From Octopus sinensis (taxonomy: Eukaryota), in assembly GCF_006345805.1 (NCBI RefSeq), contig NC_042998.1, positions 203,422,001-203,486,000 of the forward strand: a DNA stretch of 64,000 nt, read 5' to 3'. Below are positions 1-11,090 of the stretch, one piece after another. Position 1 is the first letter of the stretch. Each line of letters begins with the position of its first letter. A model generated the notes under the pieces. The model saw nothing but the letters and a program-made list of their open reading frames with translations, was not told the origin of the DNA and did no database searches. The position numbers and the translations under genes are program-made.

Positions 1-3000
1 TTAGACCACGCCCAATAAGAGTAATCTTTTCTTCCGATCAGGAGGCTTCAAACTTTCTGAACAGAGTTAGGAAGCATGCCTGGGAGGACCCCAATATGGG
101 TTTTCGCGAGGAATACTCACTGAGAGAGAAAATTCGTCGGAGAAACCTGATATCCGAGCTGAAGATGAGAAAACAGATGAGAGAGAAGGGTTTACGCATC
201 CAAGATGGACAAATAATTAAGTCCTACCTCTGGTCGCATGCTGTAGTGCTGACAGGGAAAGTGAATCGAGGGCAAATCGAAGTAAAGTAGATACCCACGT
301 CAACGATGCCATCTCTGATACCCGTTATTCTGCTTGTTTCCCAACTCCCGCCCCTCAAACTTCACAGCTCAGCATCGTCTATACCAACTCGTGCTCCTTA
401 TTTCCAAAGTTCAGCGAATTATTTACACTGGCCATGCGTGACTCCCCAGATGTGATAGCTATCACCGTGACTTGGCTGACTCCAGCAGTAAAAGACTCGG
501 AAACCAACCTAAAGGGCTACGCCCTCTTCAGATGTGACAGAGAAAAAAGGCGAGGTGGAGGTGTTGCTGTGTGTTAAATCTGATCTCAAACCGTCCAGCG
601 GTATTCTATCCACTAATGCTCAACCTACAACAAAATTCGATGCTGTCTATTGCAAGCTGAGACTATCCGGGTTTTGCCTACCCGTGTTAGCTGTCTATAG
701 GCCGCCTCTTGCCGACCCCCAGGACGATGCTCATTTACTCGAAGCGATAAGATTCGTTTCATCTTCTCATGAATGTTTGATATTAGGAGACTTCAACGCT
801 CCCACGAACGACTGGCCCGCATCAATTTGTTTATCATCTTCCCGGTTCGGCCAGACCTTTCTTGACGTAGCTGAAGATTGTTTTCTATCGCAACATTTTG
901 AATCTCCAACAAGGCATCGGTCTGGGCAGTAGTCATCTATGCTGGATCTGGTATTCTCCAAGATCAGTGTCAGGCTTATCTGTGTGCGCCCCTCTTGCCA
1001 AGAGTGATCACGCGGTCCTGAAGTTCGACATGCACACACCTTTTTCTACGCCCACGACTACTTCGCTGCCACGTAGAGTCTTCTCTACAATCAATCTTGA
1101 AATTGTGACCGAGGCTTCTGCGCTTCTGGACTGGCGATGCCTGATGACGATGTCCTCAGTTGACGCACTATGGTCGTCCCTCAAAGCATATGTAATCTGG
1201 TTGACTGACCAAGAAGTTCACGTTGGGCTTCCCAAGAAGAAGAAACACAAGCCCTGGGTGACGAAGAAGGTTAAATGAGAACTTCGACTCAGAGATATTG
1301 CTTGGGCTGAATTCAAAAATCAAGATTCGACTGCAGCTTTTGAGGTGTACAAAACTCAACGAGACCGAGCCGTGAAAATTAAGAAGGAAGAACGCTTCAG
1401 ATATGAATACAGAATCGCGGCAAACGCCAGTCGCAATCCCAAAACCTTCTTTGCCCATGTCTAACGGAATTCCCGCTTGAACAACCAAATTGCAACGTTG
1501 GTAGACTCAACAGGCGTATCAATTGAGGACCCTTATCAGCAGAGTCAGTTATTTGCCGAGGCTTTTTCGACAATTTTCAAACAAGATGATGGTCGTGAAC
1601 CTCCTCCATTTGATAGATGCCTAGATTGGTCATCACTCGTGACGAAGTCGAACGCATTATTCAAGGCCTAGATGTCAACAAGGGTCACGGCCCTGACGGC
1701 ATACATCCACAGGTTATCAAAGCATTGGCTCCGGTCATTTGCGAACCTTTAACACTTCTATTCAATATGTCATTGGCGAAGGGTGTTGTACCTGCGGACT
1801 GGAGAACAGCGATAATCTGCCCAATTTTCAAGAAAGGGAGCCACGAAGACCCGCTTAACTACCGACCGGTTTCCCTTACATTAATAATCAGCAAGATGTT
1901 CGAAACCATCCTTAAGAAAAGTATGTAACTCCACCTCCAAAACACAGCCTCTATCTCTGATTCCCAACACGGCTTCGAGCCGAAGAGATCATGCTTGACC
2001 AACTTACTGGTAATGGAAGAATTGGTGATGCGTATCCTGGATGATGGTGATGCTGTTGACATCGTTTTATTGGACTTTGCCAAAGCTTTTGACTCGGTTA
2101 ACCACCGCCTATTACTTGTCAAGCTTCAAGCATATCGTTTCCATCCGGATATTGTACGATGGGTTGGTGCCTTCCTCTCAGATCGCTCCTTCCAAGTCCA
2201 AGTTAATGGTTCGCTGTCCGACGTCTCCAGTTCGAGCAGTGGCGTGCCTCAAGGTTCAGTGCTTGGGCCGTTATTGTTTTTAGTCTTCATCAATGACTTG
2301 CCTGACGACCTCACGCAACACACCCTTCTATTTGCCGACGATGTCAAACTGGTCACTCCTCGCAGTGATATAGATGATCTTCGTCGATGCCTCCACCAAG
2401 TTTGGAGATGGTCAAACGAATGGGACCTGTGTCTGAACGTGTCAAAGTGCTGTCATCTGCTTGTTGGCTCCTCTCCTGCAACTCAACTTGATTTCGAGCC
2501 GGGTCGTCTGCTGCTGGAGAAGACCGATCAAGTAAAGGACCTGGGTATCTTGGTGGATTCTTCCTTTTCGCCTTCGGCCCAGTGCGTCCATGCTGCCAAC
2601 AAAGCACGCGGAGTTCTGTTCTTGATTCGACGGTCATTCGGAATGCTCACAGCAGCCATATTCCTACCGCTCAATGTCACGCTGGTGAGACCCATATTGG
2701 AGTACGGGATTCAAGCCTCTTCTCCTTATCTCCTCAAAGACATACAGCATGGTTCTTTGTCTCAAGCATTTGTCTTATGAAAAAAGGCTGAAGACGCTCG
2801 ACCTTTATTCTCTAGAAAAACGACGACGCCGTGGTGATCTCATTCTTGCTCACAACATCATAAACGGAAAGTGTAACCTCTCGAAAGAGCTGTTCTTCAC
2901 TCCTCCTCCAGAGCGTGGCCTGCGGGGTCACTCTGAAAAGCTCTATCTGCGACGATTTCATCTCAATCGAAGAAGAGGGGCTTTCTCCGTCCGGGTTGCG

Positions 3001-3177
3001 GATCCGTGGAATAAGCTGCCGGACGAGATAGTGAAGATGCCGACGACCGCTCGGTTCAAATCTCCCTTGACCAGAAATGACCTGAACCCCTTGTATGACC
3101 ACCGTCCCTGTCCCCCTACATGGCCTTGCTTTTTCTTTTTGAGCCAATAAAAATTGAATTGAATTGAATTGAATAAA
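1..3177 (+). mobile_element. Decayed CR1-clade LINE: ORF1 C-terminus, ORF2 (APE endonuclease + RT) broken by stops, frameshifts and deletions, 3' (ATTGA)n tail
   Basis: EN motifs (DVIAITVTWL from ~445, RRGGGVAVC, LILGDFNAP, SDH); RT motifs (LDFAKAFDSV, SGVPQGSVLGPLLFLVFINDLP, LFADDVKL); CR1-type C-terminus (RRRGDLI, LRGHSEKL, FSVRVADPWNKLP); AATAAA at 3146 followed by four ATTGA units. Confidence 0.9.
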
Positions 3178-3910
3178 TATTGATTTCGTAATAAAATACT
3201 TACTGCGGAGAGACTTTTTGGACACCCTGTAGAAATATAGATCAGCCGTAGTACTCATTTGCCACTAAATTTCGTCCCCTGGAAGACCAAAAAGCAAAGT
3301 TGGCCTCTGTGCCACTTGAACTCAGGACGCAAAAAGACTGTCAGGTATTTATTTTGTCCGTTCGTCGCTCGTCCACTTTCGCACCAACATACGTAACAAG
3401 TTCGTTTTTAGCAAGTTTCCCCTTTCGCTAAAAATTTCCTTTTTCACTAAAACTTACTTTTTAAAGCTTCGCTTAAATGTTCTTTTACACGTTCCCATCA
3501 CAATCACCTACCATAGCTACAGAGCCTCTGTGGTGGTGGTGGTGGCATAGAAATTAATTATATAAGTTAGGAAGTTTTAAATGTTGAAATTTTCTGCCAA
3601 GGTCGTGATAGCTGGAGAGTGAGAGAAGAGGCTATACTAGTAATCTGCTTGTACTCATTACAGCTGACTAAACTTGAGAAATGCCAAATAAGGTGTGTTT
3701 TTCAAGGACACAATGTGCCGCCGAGTCAGCAATTGAACCCACGACCTTATGAACAAGAGCTACATTCTCTAACCACCAGATCACGTGTTTTTTGTTACAT
3801 TTGCACATCCACATTCTGTGATAAAATCCAAAATGGTGTCTTCCCGAAACTTATGAATTCATTCTTCAGCCTCTACAAGTGTTTGATAACACAGAACTAA
3901 ACGTTATACA

Positions 3911-4033
3911 CTGTTGTGCCTGGAGAGAGTCATTTTCTTTTTGTGCCTTATTACTTTGTGCCTCATTATTTAACACACTCACCGGTTAAATAATAAGGCA
4001 CAAAAAGAAAATGACTCTCCCCAGACACAACAG
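3911..4033. mobile_element. Small MITE-like fold-back with 43-bp inverted arms
   Basis: 3911-3953 and 3991-4033 are reverse complements with 2 mismatches; no clear TSD. Confidence 0.55.
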
Positions 4034-5193
4034 AATATGCTTCAACACACGAACTCATATAAAGAATCTTGCAAACCAAATCCAAAAACGAAATATAAAC
4101 GTTATACAGTTTTCTTAAAAAGGAAAAGAAGTGCTAAATTCTGGTCTCTTTCACAAGAGCAGAATTTAGAGCTTATCCAGAATAATGGATACTTGTGCCT
4201 CATCTTTGACACCACTACTAGAACAAAGAAATAGCCTGCTATCTTCGCAGTAATACGAACCGGTGTGGTGCTTTGTGTTGCCACTTTCTTTTGTCATATC
4301 TGCAAATCTTCATTTCTCTCTCCATTTCCTCTTCTTGTTGGCTCATTCGCCTGTTTACCCTCAGACGGCCTCTATATTTTCAACCGCTCCTCTTAACCTA
4401 CTTACCTTCTAATCTGTAGAAAAATAACTCGGTTTGTTTCGTTTTTCTTTTCTCATGTTCCCAATTTAATTTGTGAAATGTGCCTTTATTGTCTATTAAA
4501 CACTTTAGAGTTACGTAGCTATTTATAAGAATTATGTCTTTGTATAATGCTTTTCTCGAGCTGGGTGCGTCTTAACTACATCCTGTCTACGCCAGATTTA
4601 GGGCGGGGTAGTCTAAATTCTGGCCACATGACATTTCTCTTGGCTGTTTAAGACTTTTAACTTGTTTCTTTATTAATGTCAGTCAATTTTCCTCCAGCTA
4701 TTAAATTTCATGAGTTTGTCTACGTTCGACCGGAAGTCTCTCCTTATCTCCTGCCAATTGGCAGAATCGTTAACGCGCTAGCTGTTTTGGCTTTTAAAGT
4801 TCTGAGTTCGAATCCCTCTGAGATCAACATTACCTTTCATCCTTTCAGGGTTGATAACATAAAATAGCTGTCACGTATTCGGTTCGATGACATCGATTAG
4901 TCTCCCTTCAAAATCACTGCTGCAAAACAGGTTATCATGGGAAATTTCTGTCCCACGAGGGAGAACGTGAGTGTTGGTATTTAAAACAAGGCATAAAGAA
5001 GGAAACAGAGGAAGAGGAAAAACCAAAGAAATATTTTGTTGCAGCCATAGTTTCAATACTGGTCCACGAAGAGCGGCTGCTGTTGTTTGGTCAACGGTTT
5101 TGCAACGACAGAGAACAGAAGCATCCCCAGCCGAACTACTGATACAATGTTGACGCATTATATATAATGTTCTATGCTATACTGTATGTATAT

Positions 5194-5262
<69 letters not shown>

Positions 5263-5272
<10 letters not shown>

Positions 5273-5390
5273 TGAAAGAATGGGGTCGAACGACGATTTT
5301 AACAAAATTCCTTTACTCTCGACATATGTTTCGAGAGTAAAGGAATTTTGTTAAAATCGTCGTTCGACTCCATTCTTTCATTTAATTATA
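5263..5390. repeat. Near-perfect palindrome (60-bp arms, 8-nt loop)
   Basis: 5263-5322 vs 5331-5390, one mismatch. Confidence 0.95.
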
Positions 5391-5543
5391 GTTATAAAAA
5401 AACACACAAATTTCCACACGAAAACACGGGATTTCTACCCTTGGCATGTAGCTTCAACCCTGTTTTCTGACGTGAATTTGCTACCCGGGTATCGGTTAAA
5501 CGAATTATCCATACTAGGATAATTCATTCACCTACTTAAATAT

Positions 5544-5623
<80 letters not shown>

Positions 5624-5699
5624 TCTCTAGTTTCAGCTCAGAGCTGCGGCCATACTGATGCACCGCCGTTTTGCTACACTGTTATTACTAAGAGCCTCC

Positions 5700-5918
5700 T
5701 CTAACATGTGGCACTTGCTGAAGCATTGAGTTTAATATAGCTACCCTCATTTGCACCTCTTGCCGTGAGGTAGGTTCATCTGGGACTCTCGACAGGAGGA
5801 GGTGCAGCTTTGATTTAAAAACCCCTGCATCTACTTTGTGCAAGTCCCTCAGACTCTTTGGGAGGATATTAAAAAGCTGTAGGCCCTTGAAACCCAGGCT
5901 GTTGCAGTAACTGGTCCT
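5700..5918 (-). mobile_element. 3' fragment of a CR1/L2-type LINE
   Basis: Minus-strand translation RTSYCNSLGFKGLQLFNILPKSLRDLHKVDAGVFKSKLHLLLSRVPDEP; a related, more decayed fragment lies at ~25200-25540 (-). Confidence 0.75.
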
Positions 5919-5948
5919 TTATATATATATATAATATATATATATATT

Positions 5949-5980
<32 letters not shown>

Positions 5981-5991
<11 letters not shown>

Positions 5992-6011
5992 TTTAGCATT
6001 TTCTACCTTGA

Positions 6012-6053
<42 letters not shown>

Positions 6054-6084
6054 TCAAGGTAGAAAATGCTAAAATAATTTTATA
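5981..6084. repeat. 35-bp inverted repeat flanking a (TA)n tract
   Basis: tataaaattattttagcattttctaccttgactta ... taagtcaaggtagaaaatgctaaaataattttata. Confidence 0.9.
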
Positions 6085-6297
6085 AAAAATATTTCAGTAC
6101 CGGTTTCGGCCATTGACACTTTTTCAACTGTAAGTATGGAAAACAACTGAATTTTGGAAAAACGAAATGAAAAGTTTTTAAATGAATATTTGTATAGTGT
6201 TTGAATACAAGAGGCACTTTCCTTGTTTCTGCCTGCCTCTGTGTCTCTTGTTTACTCTTGTGGGTTTGATGTCGTTGTGAAAAGAGAAAAGGTATAT

Positions 6298-6705
6298 ATA
6301 TGTGGTAAGTAGCTTGTTTACCAGCCACATGGTTCTGGGTTCAGTCCCACTGCGTGGCACCTTGGGCAAGTGTCTTCTACTATAGCCTCCGGCCGACCAA
6401 AGCCTTGTGAGTGGATTTGGTAGACGGAAACTGAAAAAAAGCCCGTCGTTTATATGTATATATATATATATGTGTGTGAGTGTGTGTTTGTGTGTCTGTG
6501 TTTGTCCCCCTCGCATTGCTCGACTACCGATGCTGGTGTGTTTATGTCCCTGTTACTTAGCAGTTCGGCAAAAGAGACCGATAGAATAAGTACTGGGCTT
6601 ACAAAAGAATAAGTCCTGGGGTCGAGTTGCTCGATTAAAGGCGGTGCTCCAGCATGGCCGCAGTCAAATGACTGAAACAAGTAAAAGAGTAAAGAGTAAG
6701 AGTAT
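6298..6705 (+). mobile_element. tRNA-headed SINE family B, near full length
   Basis: B-box-like GGTTCAGTCCC, body ggcaccttgggcaagtgtcttctactatagcc, internal TA/TG microsatellite, tail gactgaaacaagtaaaagagta; matches more than ten other copies in the window. Confidence 0.85.
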
Positions 6706-6895
6706 ATATAAATATATATATATATATATATTACTATGAAAATAATAAGGGTAGAAAATTTAGAGAAATATTCTACCGGTGGTCAGCATGCGTAATAAAG
6801 TCAATAGACAACATATTTTTCATATGAATTAGTGTACGTTTTTATACACAAAAGAGGTGACCTGAACATTTAAAAAAATGCTGGCAATAATAATA

Positions 6896-7312
6896 TACTC
6901 TTTTACTCTCTTACTTGTTTCAGTCATTTGACTGTGGCCATGCTGGAGCACCGCCTTTAGTCGAGCAAATCGACCCCAGGACTTATTCTTTGTAAGCCTA
7001 GTACTTATTCTATCGGGCTCTTTTTGCCGAACCGCTAAGTGACGGGGACGTAAACACACCAGCATCGGTTGTCAAGCGATGTTGGGGGAACAAACACAGA
7101 CGCACAAACATATACACACACATACAAATATATATATATACATATATACGACGGGCTTCTTTCAGTTTCCGTCTACCAAATCCACTCACAAGGCTTTGGT
7201 CGGCCCGAGGCTATAGTAGAAGACACTTGCCCAAGGTGCCACGCAGTGGGAGTGAATCCGGAACCATGTGGTTGGTAAGCAAGCTACTTACCACACAGCC
7301 ACTCCTACGCCT
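6896..7312 (-). mobile_element. SINE family B, full length
   Basis: Reverse complement of the 6298-6705 copy including head ggcgtaggagtggctgtgtgg. Confidence 0.85.
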
Positions 7313-7356
7313 ATATATATAAAGGATTTATAAATATATAAAGGATTATATAATAA

Positions 7357-7686
7357 CTAGCAATATGACCCGGCGTTGCCAGGTCATAGTGCTAGTGCAT
7401 GCATATACAGCTGCGTGCGTGCGCACATACACGCGAGTACTGTCCAAATCTCTGACCAATCACATACAGCTAGCTGGCATTCAATTGGTGTATCAAATCT
7501 CGGGCATTTTGATTGGGTTTTGGATAGAAAATTCACAAAAAAGTTACTTCTATTGATTTTTTAATGGCTTTGCGGGGTGAGTGGGGAAATGTAAAGATGT
7601 GCATGACCACCCTTGGACGGTTTTTAATGACCATAGAAAGTGCGAGCCCTCTAACTGAAAAGGTGTGGATTTGTATAAAGGACAGG

Positions 7687-7726
<40 letters not shown>

Positions 7727-7760
7727 GACACAGACATTTTGCCGTTTATATATATAGAGA
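7357..7760 (-). mobile_element. Non-autonomous Helitron
   Basis: Minus strand A|TCTCTATATATAAAC 5' end and CTAG|T 3' end preceded by a GC-rich hairpin-like motif; internal (CA)n. Confidence 0.75.
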
Positions 7761-7767
7761 TAATATA

Positions 7768-8070
7768 TCTTTATGTATAAAAGAGAGGTTGTGGGCTGTC
7801 TGTCTCCTACGATTTAGATTCCTAACTACTCCCACATTTTGCGGTGCAGTTTAACCAAAACCGGGTATCTTATAGTCGTGATTCATATCGAGCCCTTCTG
7901 GGTATTAGCGCGCGTCTACGATGAGTCTACAATTAAAAAAAAAATTTACCATCATTTTTCCGCATTTTTAATTCATTTTCGCTCGGTTTATATATGGGAA
8001 GTAACTCTCTATAAATGCTTATATAGTTATTTCCCTTACAAACCCGAGCAACGCCGGGCGATGCTGCTAG
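7768..8070 (+). mobile_element. Non-autonomous Helitron
   Basis: A|TC 5' end, cccgagcaacgccggg hairpin then CTAG|T; last ~130 bp shared with the 22129-22499 copy. Confidence 0.8.
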
Positions 8071-8098
8071 TAATATATATAAAAGAAGAGTGCCATTG

Positions 8099-8263
8099 TT
8101 ATCTCGTGAACGATATTACGACATCTTGAGTGTCTTCAACTGGTTCAAAGATTAATTTTGTCAATCTACTTCATTTTGGTTAATATAGAAAGGATTGAGG
8201 TAACTCCTCCAGAAGGCACACAAGATGAAGACACAAGATGTCGAAATATCGTTCACTAGATAA
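8099..8263. mobile_element. MITE-like fold-back with ~38-bp inverted arms
   Basis: 8099-8138 vs 8226-8263: 2 mismatches and a 2-nt indel. Confidence 0.6.
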
Positions 8264-8286
8264 TGATAATAATAATAATAATAATA

Positions 8287-8803
8287 AAAACAGAGTTGGA
8301 ACCTGCATACACTGGAAGCTATGCCAACATTATGGAATAACAACAGAAAAAAGATGGTATAGGCACATACCAGAAAAGGTCACAGAAAACGAGAAAGCAA
8401 CCATACTCTGGGATATGCCGATACACACAGATAGAGAAGTGAAGGCCAACAGACCAGATATAGTTGTCAGAGATCATGAAGAAAAAATGCTTTCTAATTG
8501 ATGTATCAATACCAGCAGATGACAACGTTTCTCTAAAAGAAATGGAGAAACTTTCAAAATACAAAGACCTGGAAATAGAGGTAACCAGAATGTGGAATCT
8601 AAAAACACCAGGACTTACAAACACATATAACATACAGAAAATTGCACTACTAGGCACTGCACACATCCTACGCAGAACACTTTCCATACAATAACCATCA
8701 GAGCATCACAACAAATCACAGCACATACCCAAGGCACACAGAGCTGCGCTCGGTAGTGAAGTGAAAGCACGCTATAAAAATAAAACTACTGAATAATAAT
8801 AAT
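8287..8803 (+). mobile_element. R4/Dong-like REL LINE family A, 5'-truncated 3' fragment
   Basis: HWKLCQHYG...ILWDMPIHTDREVKANRPDIVV...LIDVSIP...EKLSKYKDLEIEV (PD-D/ExK type REL domain); flanked by (AAT)n on both sides. Confidence 0.85.
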
Positions 8804-9135
8804 ACTAAAAACAAGAAAATTATGAGTGTTTTAAAATTTGAAATTAGAGACAGTATTTTACGTAGGATATGGACAGTTCCCATGAGAACTATCTTTTGAA
8901 TTTCTGCCATTTTGGGGTTTCCTGGTATCTGAGCTAGGTAGCGATCAGCCCCTTTTGCTATCATTCCTAGGGCACCTATGACAACAGGTCTTGTTTTAGT
9001 TTTGAGGTTCAACATTTTGCTGATTTCTATTTCAAGATCTTTATATTTGCTCAGTTTTTGGTAGGTCTCGACAGATACATTTATGTCGATTGGGACAGTC
9101 ACATCAATGAGGATGTCCGAAGTCCTTTCAATAAA
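8804..9135 (-). mobile_element. R4/Dong-like REL LINE family B, 3' fragment
   Basis: MTVPIDINVSVETYQKLSKYKDLEIEISKM...EIQKIVLMGTVHILRKIL; same family as 26984-29114. Confidence 0.85.
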
Positions 9136-9192
9136 ATGTATTTATCATCATTATCATCATCATCATCATCATCATCATTATTATTATTATCA

Positions 9193-9405
9193 TTCAGTAG
9201 TTTTATTTTTATAGCGTGCTTTCACTTCACTACCGAGCGCAATTCTGTGTGCCTTGGGTATGTGCTGTGATTTGTTGTGATGCTCTGATGGTGATTGTAT
9301 GGAAAGTGTTCTGCGTAGGATGTGTGCAGTGCCTAGTAGTGCAATTTTCTGTATGTTATATGTGTTTGTAAGTCCTGGTGTTTTTGTTATGTATTTGTCT
9401 GAATA

Positions 9406-9408
<3 letters not shown>
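9193..9408 (-). mobile_element. R4/Dong-like family A, 3' end
   Basis: Near-identical reverse complement of ~8603-8791; between (TTA)n tracts. Confidence 0.85.
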
Positions 9409-9444
<36 letters not shown>

Positions 9445-9447
9445 CAT

Positions 9448-10002
9448 TGAGAGAGAGAGAGCAGTGCATGCCATCAAAATGACACTGGAGTACAAATATA
9501 CGAAGCCCAGTATCCCCATCATAACTACCCGTCTGATAAGGGTACACCAGGTACATGCATCACAGCCATATGTGCACGACATGGTGATCTCTTATGAAGA
9601 TAAACAGCACATGACCTTGCAGGTGGGGCTCAGTTAGAATTTTCTTCAGGTCGAGTAACCCATCCTGCTGAAAAGATCCCTGAATAAGGATTGTTTAAGG
9701 ATGTTGAACGAAACACCCATGTTTCCAGAGGTGAATTATTCAAACCCCAAAGAATCCCTCTCAACACATGGCTATGATGCTCCCCCACTACTTCTGCTCA
9801 TGATCAGAGATGCACACATCGTCAGCAACTAAGGGGACATGCTCAACAGGTTACGGTCAAACAACTGACAAGCAAATCTGTGGTATTGAGCAGAATATTT
9901 GCTGTAGCCCATCTTTTATACTAAGACAAAACAATGTACATGACAACACTTCCAGTCAGTTAAGATCAGAAGCCATGAGAGCCACTGCCTGGTACTGCAT
10001 CA
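9448..10002 (-). mobile_element. Element D: ~555-bp non-coding retroposon-like repeat with (AAT)n tail, most complete copy
   Basis: Other copies at 25543-25954 (+), 26077-26586 (-), 31395-31869 (-), 63330-63654 (-); orientation inferred from the AAT tail. Confidence 0.75.
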
Positions 10003-10094
<92 letters not shown>

Positions 10095-10247
10095 ATTATC
10101 TATATTATTTAATTCGTGATTTAATTTTCTTTCGCGTGTGCTATTCCGCAACAAATAGACTTCACTCTATTTTGCATATAGGCCATAGAACGGAAATTCG
10201 TTTCGTTTCGAGATGATCCAGATGCATGGTGTTCCTAAGCCACAATG

Positions 10248-10635
10248 GAGGCGCAATGGCCCAGTGGTTAGGGCAGCGGACTCGCGGTCATAGGATCGCG
10301 GTTTCGATTCCCAGACCGGGCGCTGTGTGTGTTTATTGAGCGAAAACACCTAAAGCTCCACGAGGCTCCGGCAGGGGATGGTGGCGATCCCTGCTGTACT
10401 CTTTCACCACAACTTTCTCTCACTCTTACTTCCTGTTTCTGTTGTACCTGTATTTCAAAGGGGCCGGCCTTGTCACTCTCTGTGTCACGCTGAATATCCC
10501 CGAGAACTACGTTGAGGGTACACGTGTCTGTGGAGTGCTCAGCCACTTACACGTTAATTTCACGAGCAGGCTGTTCCCTTGATTCGGATCAACCGGAACC
10601 CTCGTCGTCGTAACCGACGGAGTGCTTCCATAAAA
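10248..10635 (+). mobile_element. tRNA-headed SINE family C, full length with 11-bp TSD
   Basis: A-box TGGCCCAGTGG, B-box-like GGTTTCGATTCC; TSD aagccacaatg at 10237-10247 and 10636-10646; second, internally deleted copy at 22793-23114 (-). Confidence 0.85.
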
Positions 10636-10679
10636 AAGCCACAATGACGGCGTAATATCGATATATACCATTCTTGAGG

Positions 10680-11090
10680 ATTCCGAAGCGACTTGTATCG
10701 CCTTGTCCGTAATATTCTTGGAGGGCTGTAAAACGTGGTTCTTATTGAGGATTGCATGAACAGACTAGGGATCTAATGGAGACGTGATGACCTGGGCTGT
10801 GGTTACTAGGAAACTGCTTTGTGAGATAAGGGCCAAACAATTGAGATTTCTTGGTCATATGGCGAGGAAAGAGGGCCTGGAAACTGTAGCAATAACCGGA
10901 AGTATTGAAGGGAAAAGAAACAAAGGAAGGAGAAGGATACTATGGGTGTCAAGCTTGACGAACTGGTTGGCAGAAAGAGGCACTAAACATCAGGAAGTGG
11001 GACTTTTACAGAAAACAAAGAACAGAGAATTGGGGCTGGACATAATCGCCTATGTTCTACATTCTGGACATGACACCAAATTACCATAGT
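10680..11090 (+). mobile_element. RTE (BovB-like) LINE C-terminal relic
   Basis: QLRFLGHMARKEGLETVAITGSIEGKRNKGRRRILW resembles the RTE FGH...LEK...G.IEG.R.RGR...W motif. Confidence 0.75.

Noticed and set aside
9720-9860. Hammerhead inside element D (CTGACGA on the sense strand)
   Set aside because: Followed by GAAG rather than GAAA, with no stem III or cleavage triplet in register
10248-10325. Functional tRNA genes
   Set aside because: tRNA-like heads continue into SINE bodies with TSDs; no Pol III terminator follows the cloverleaf
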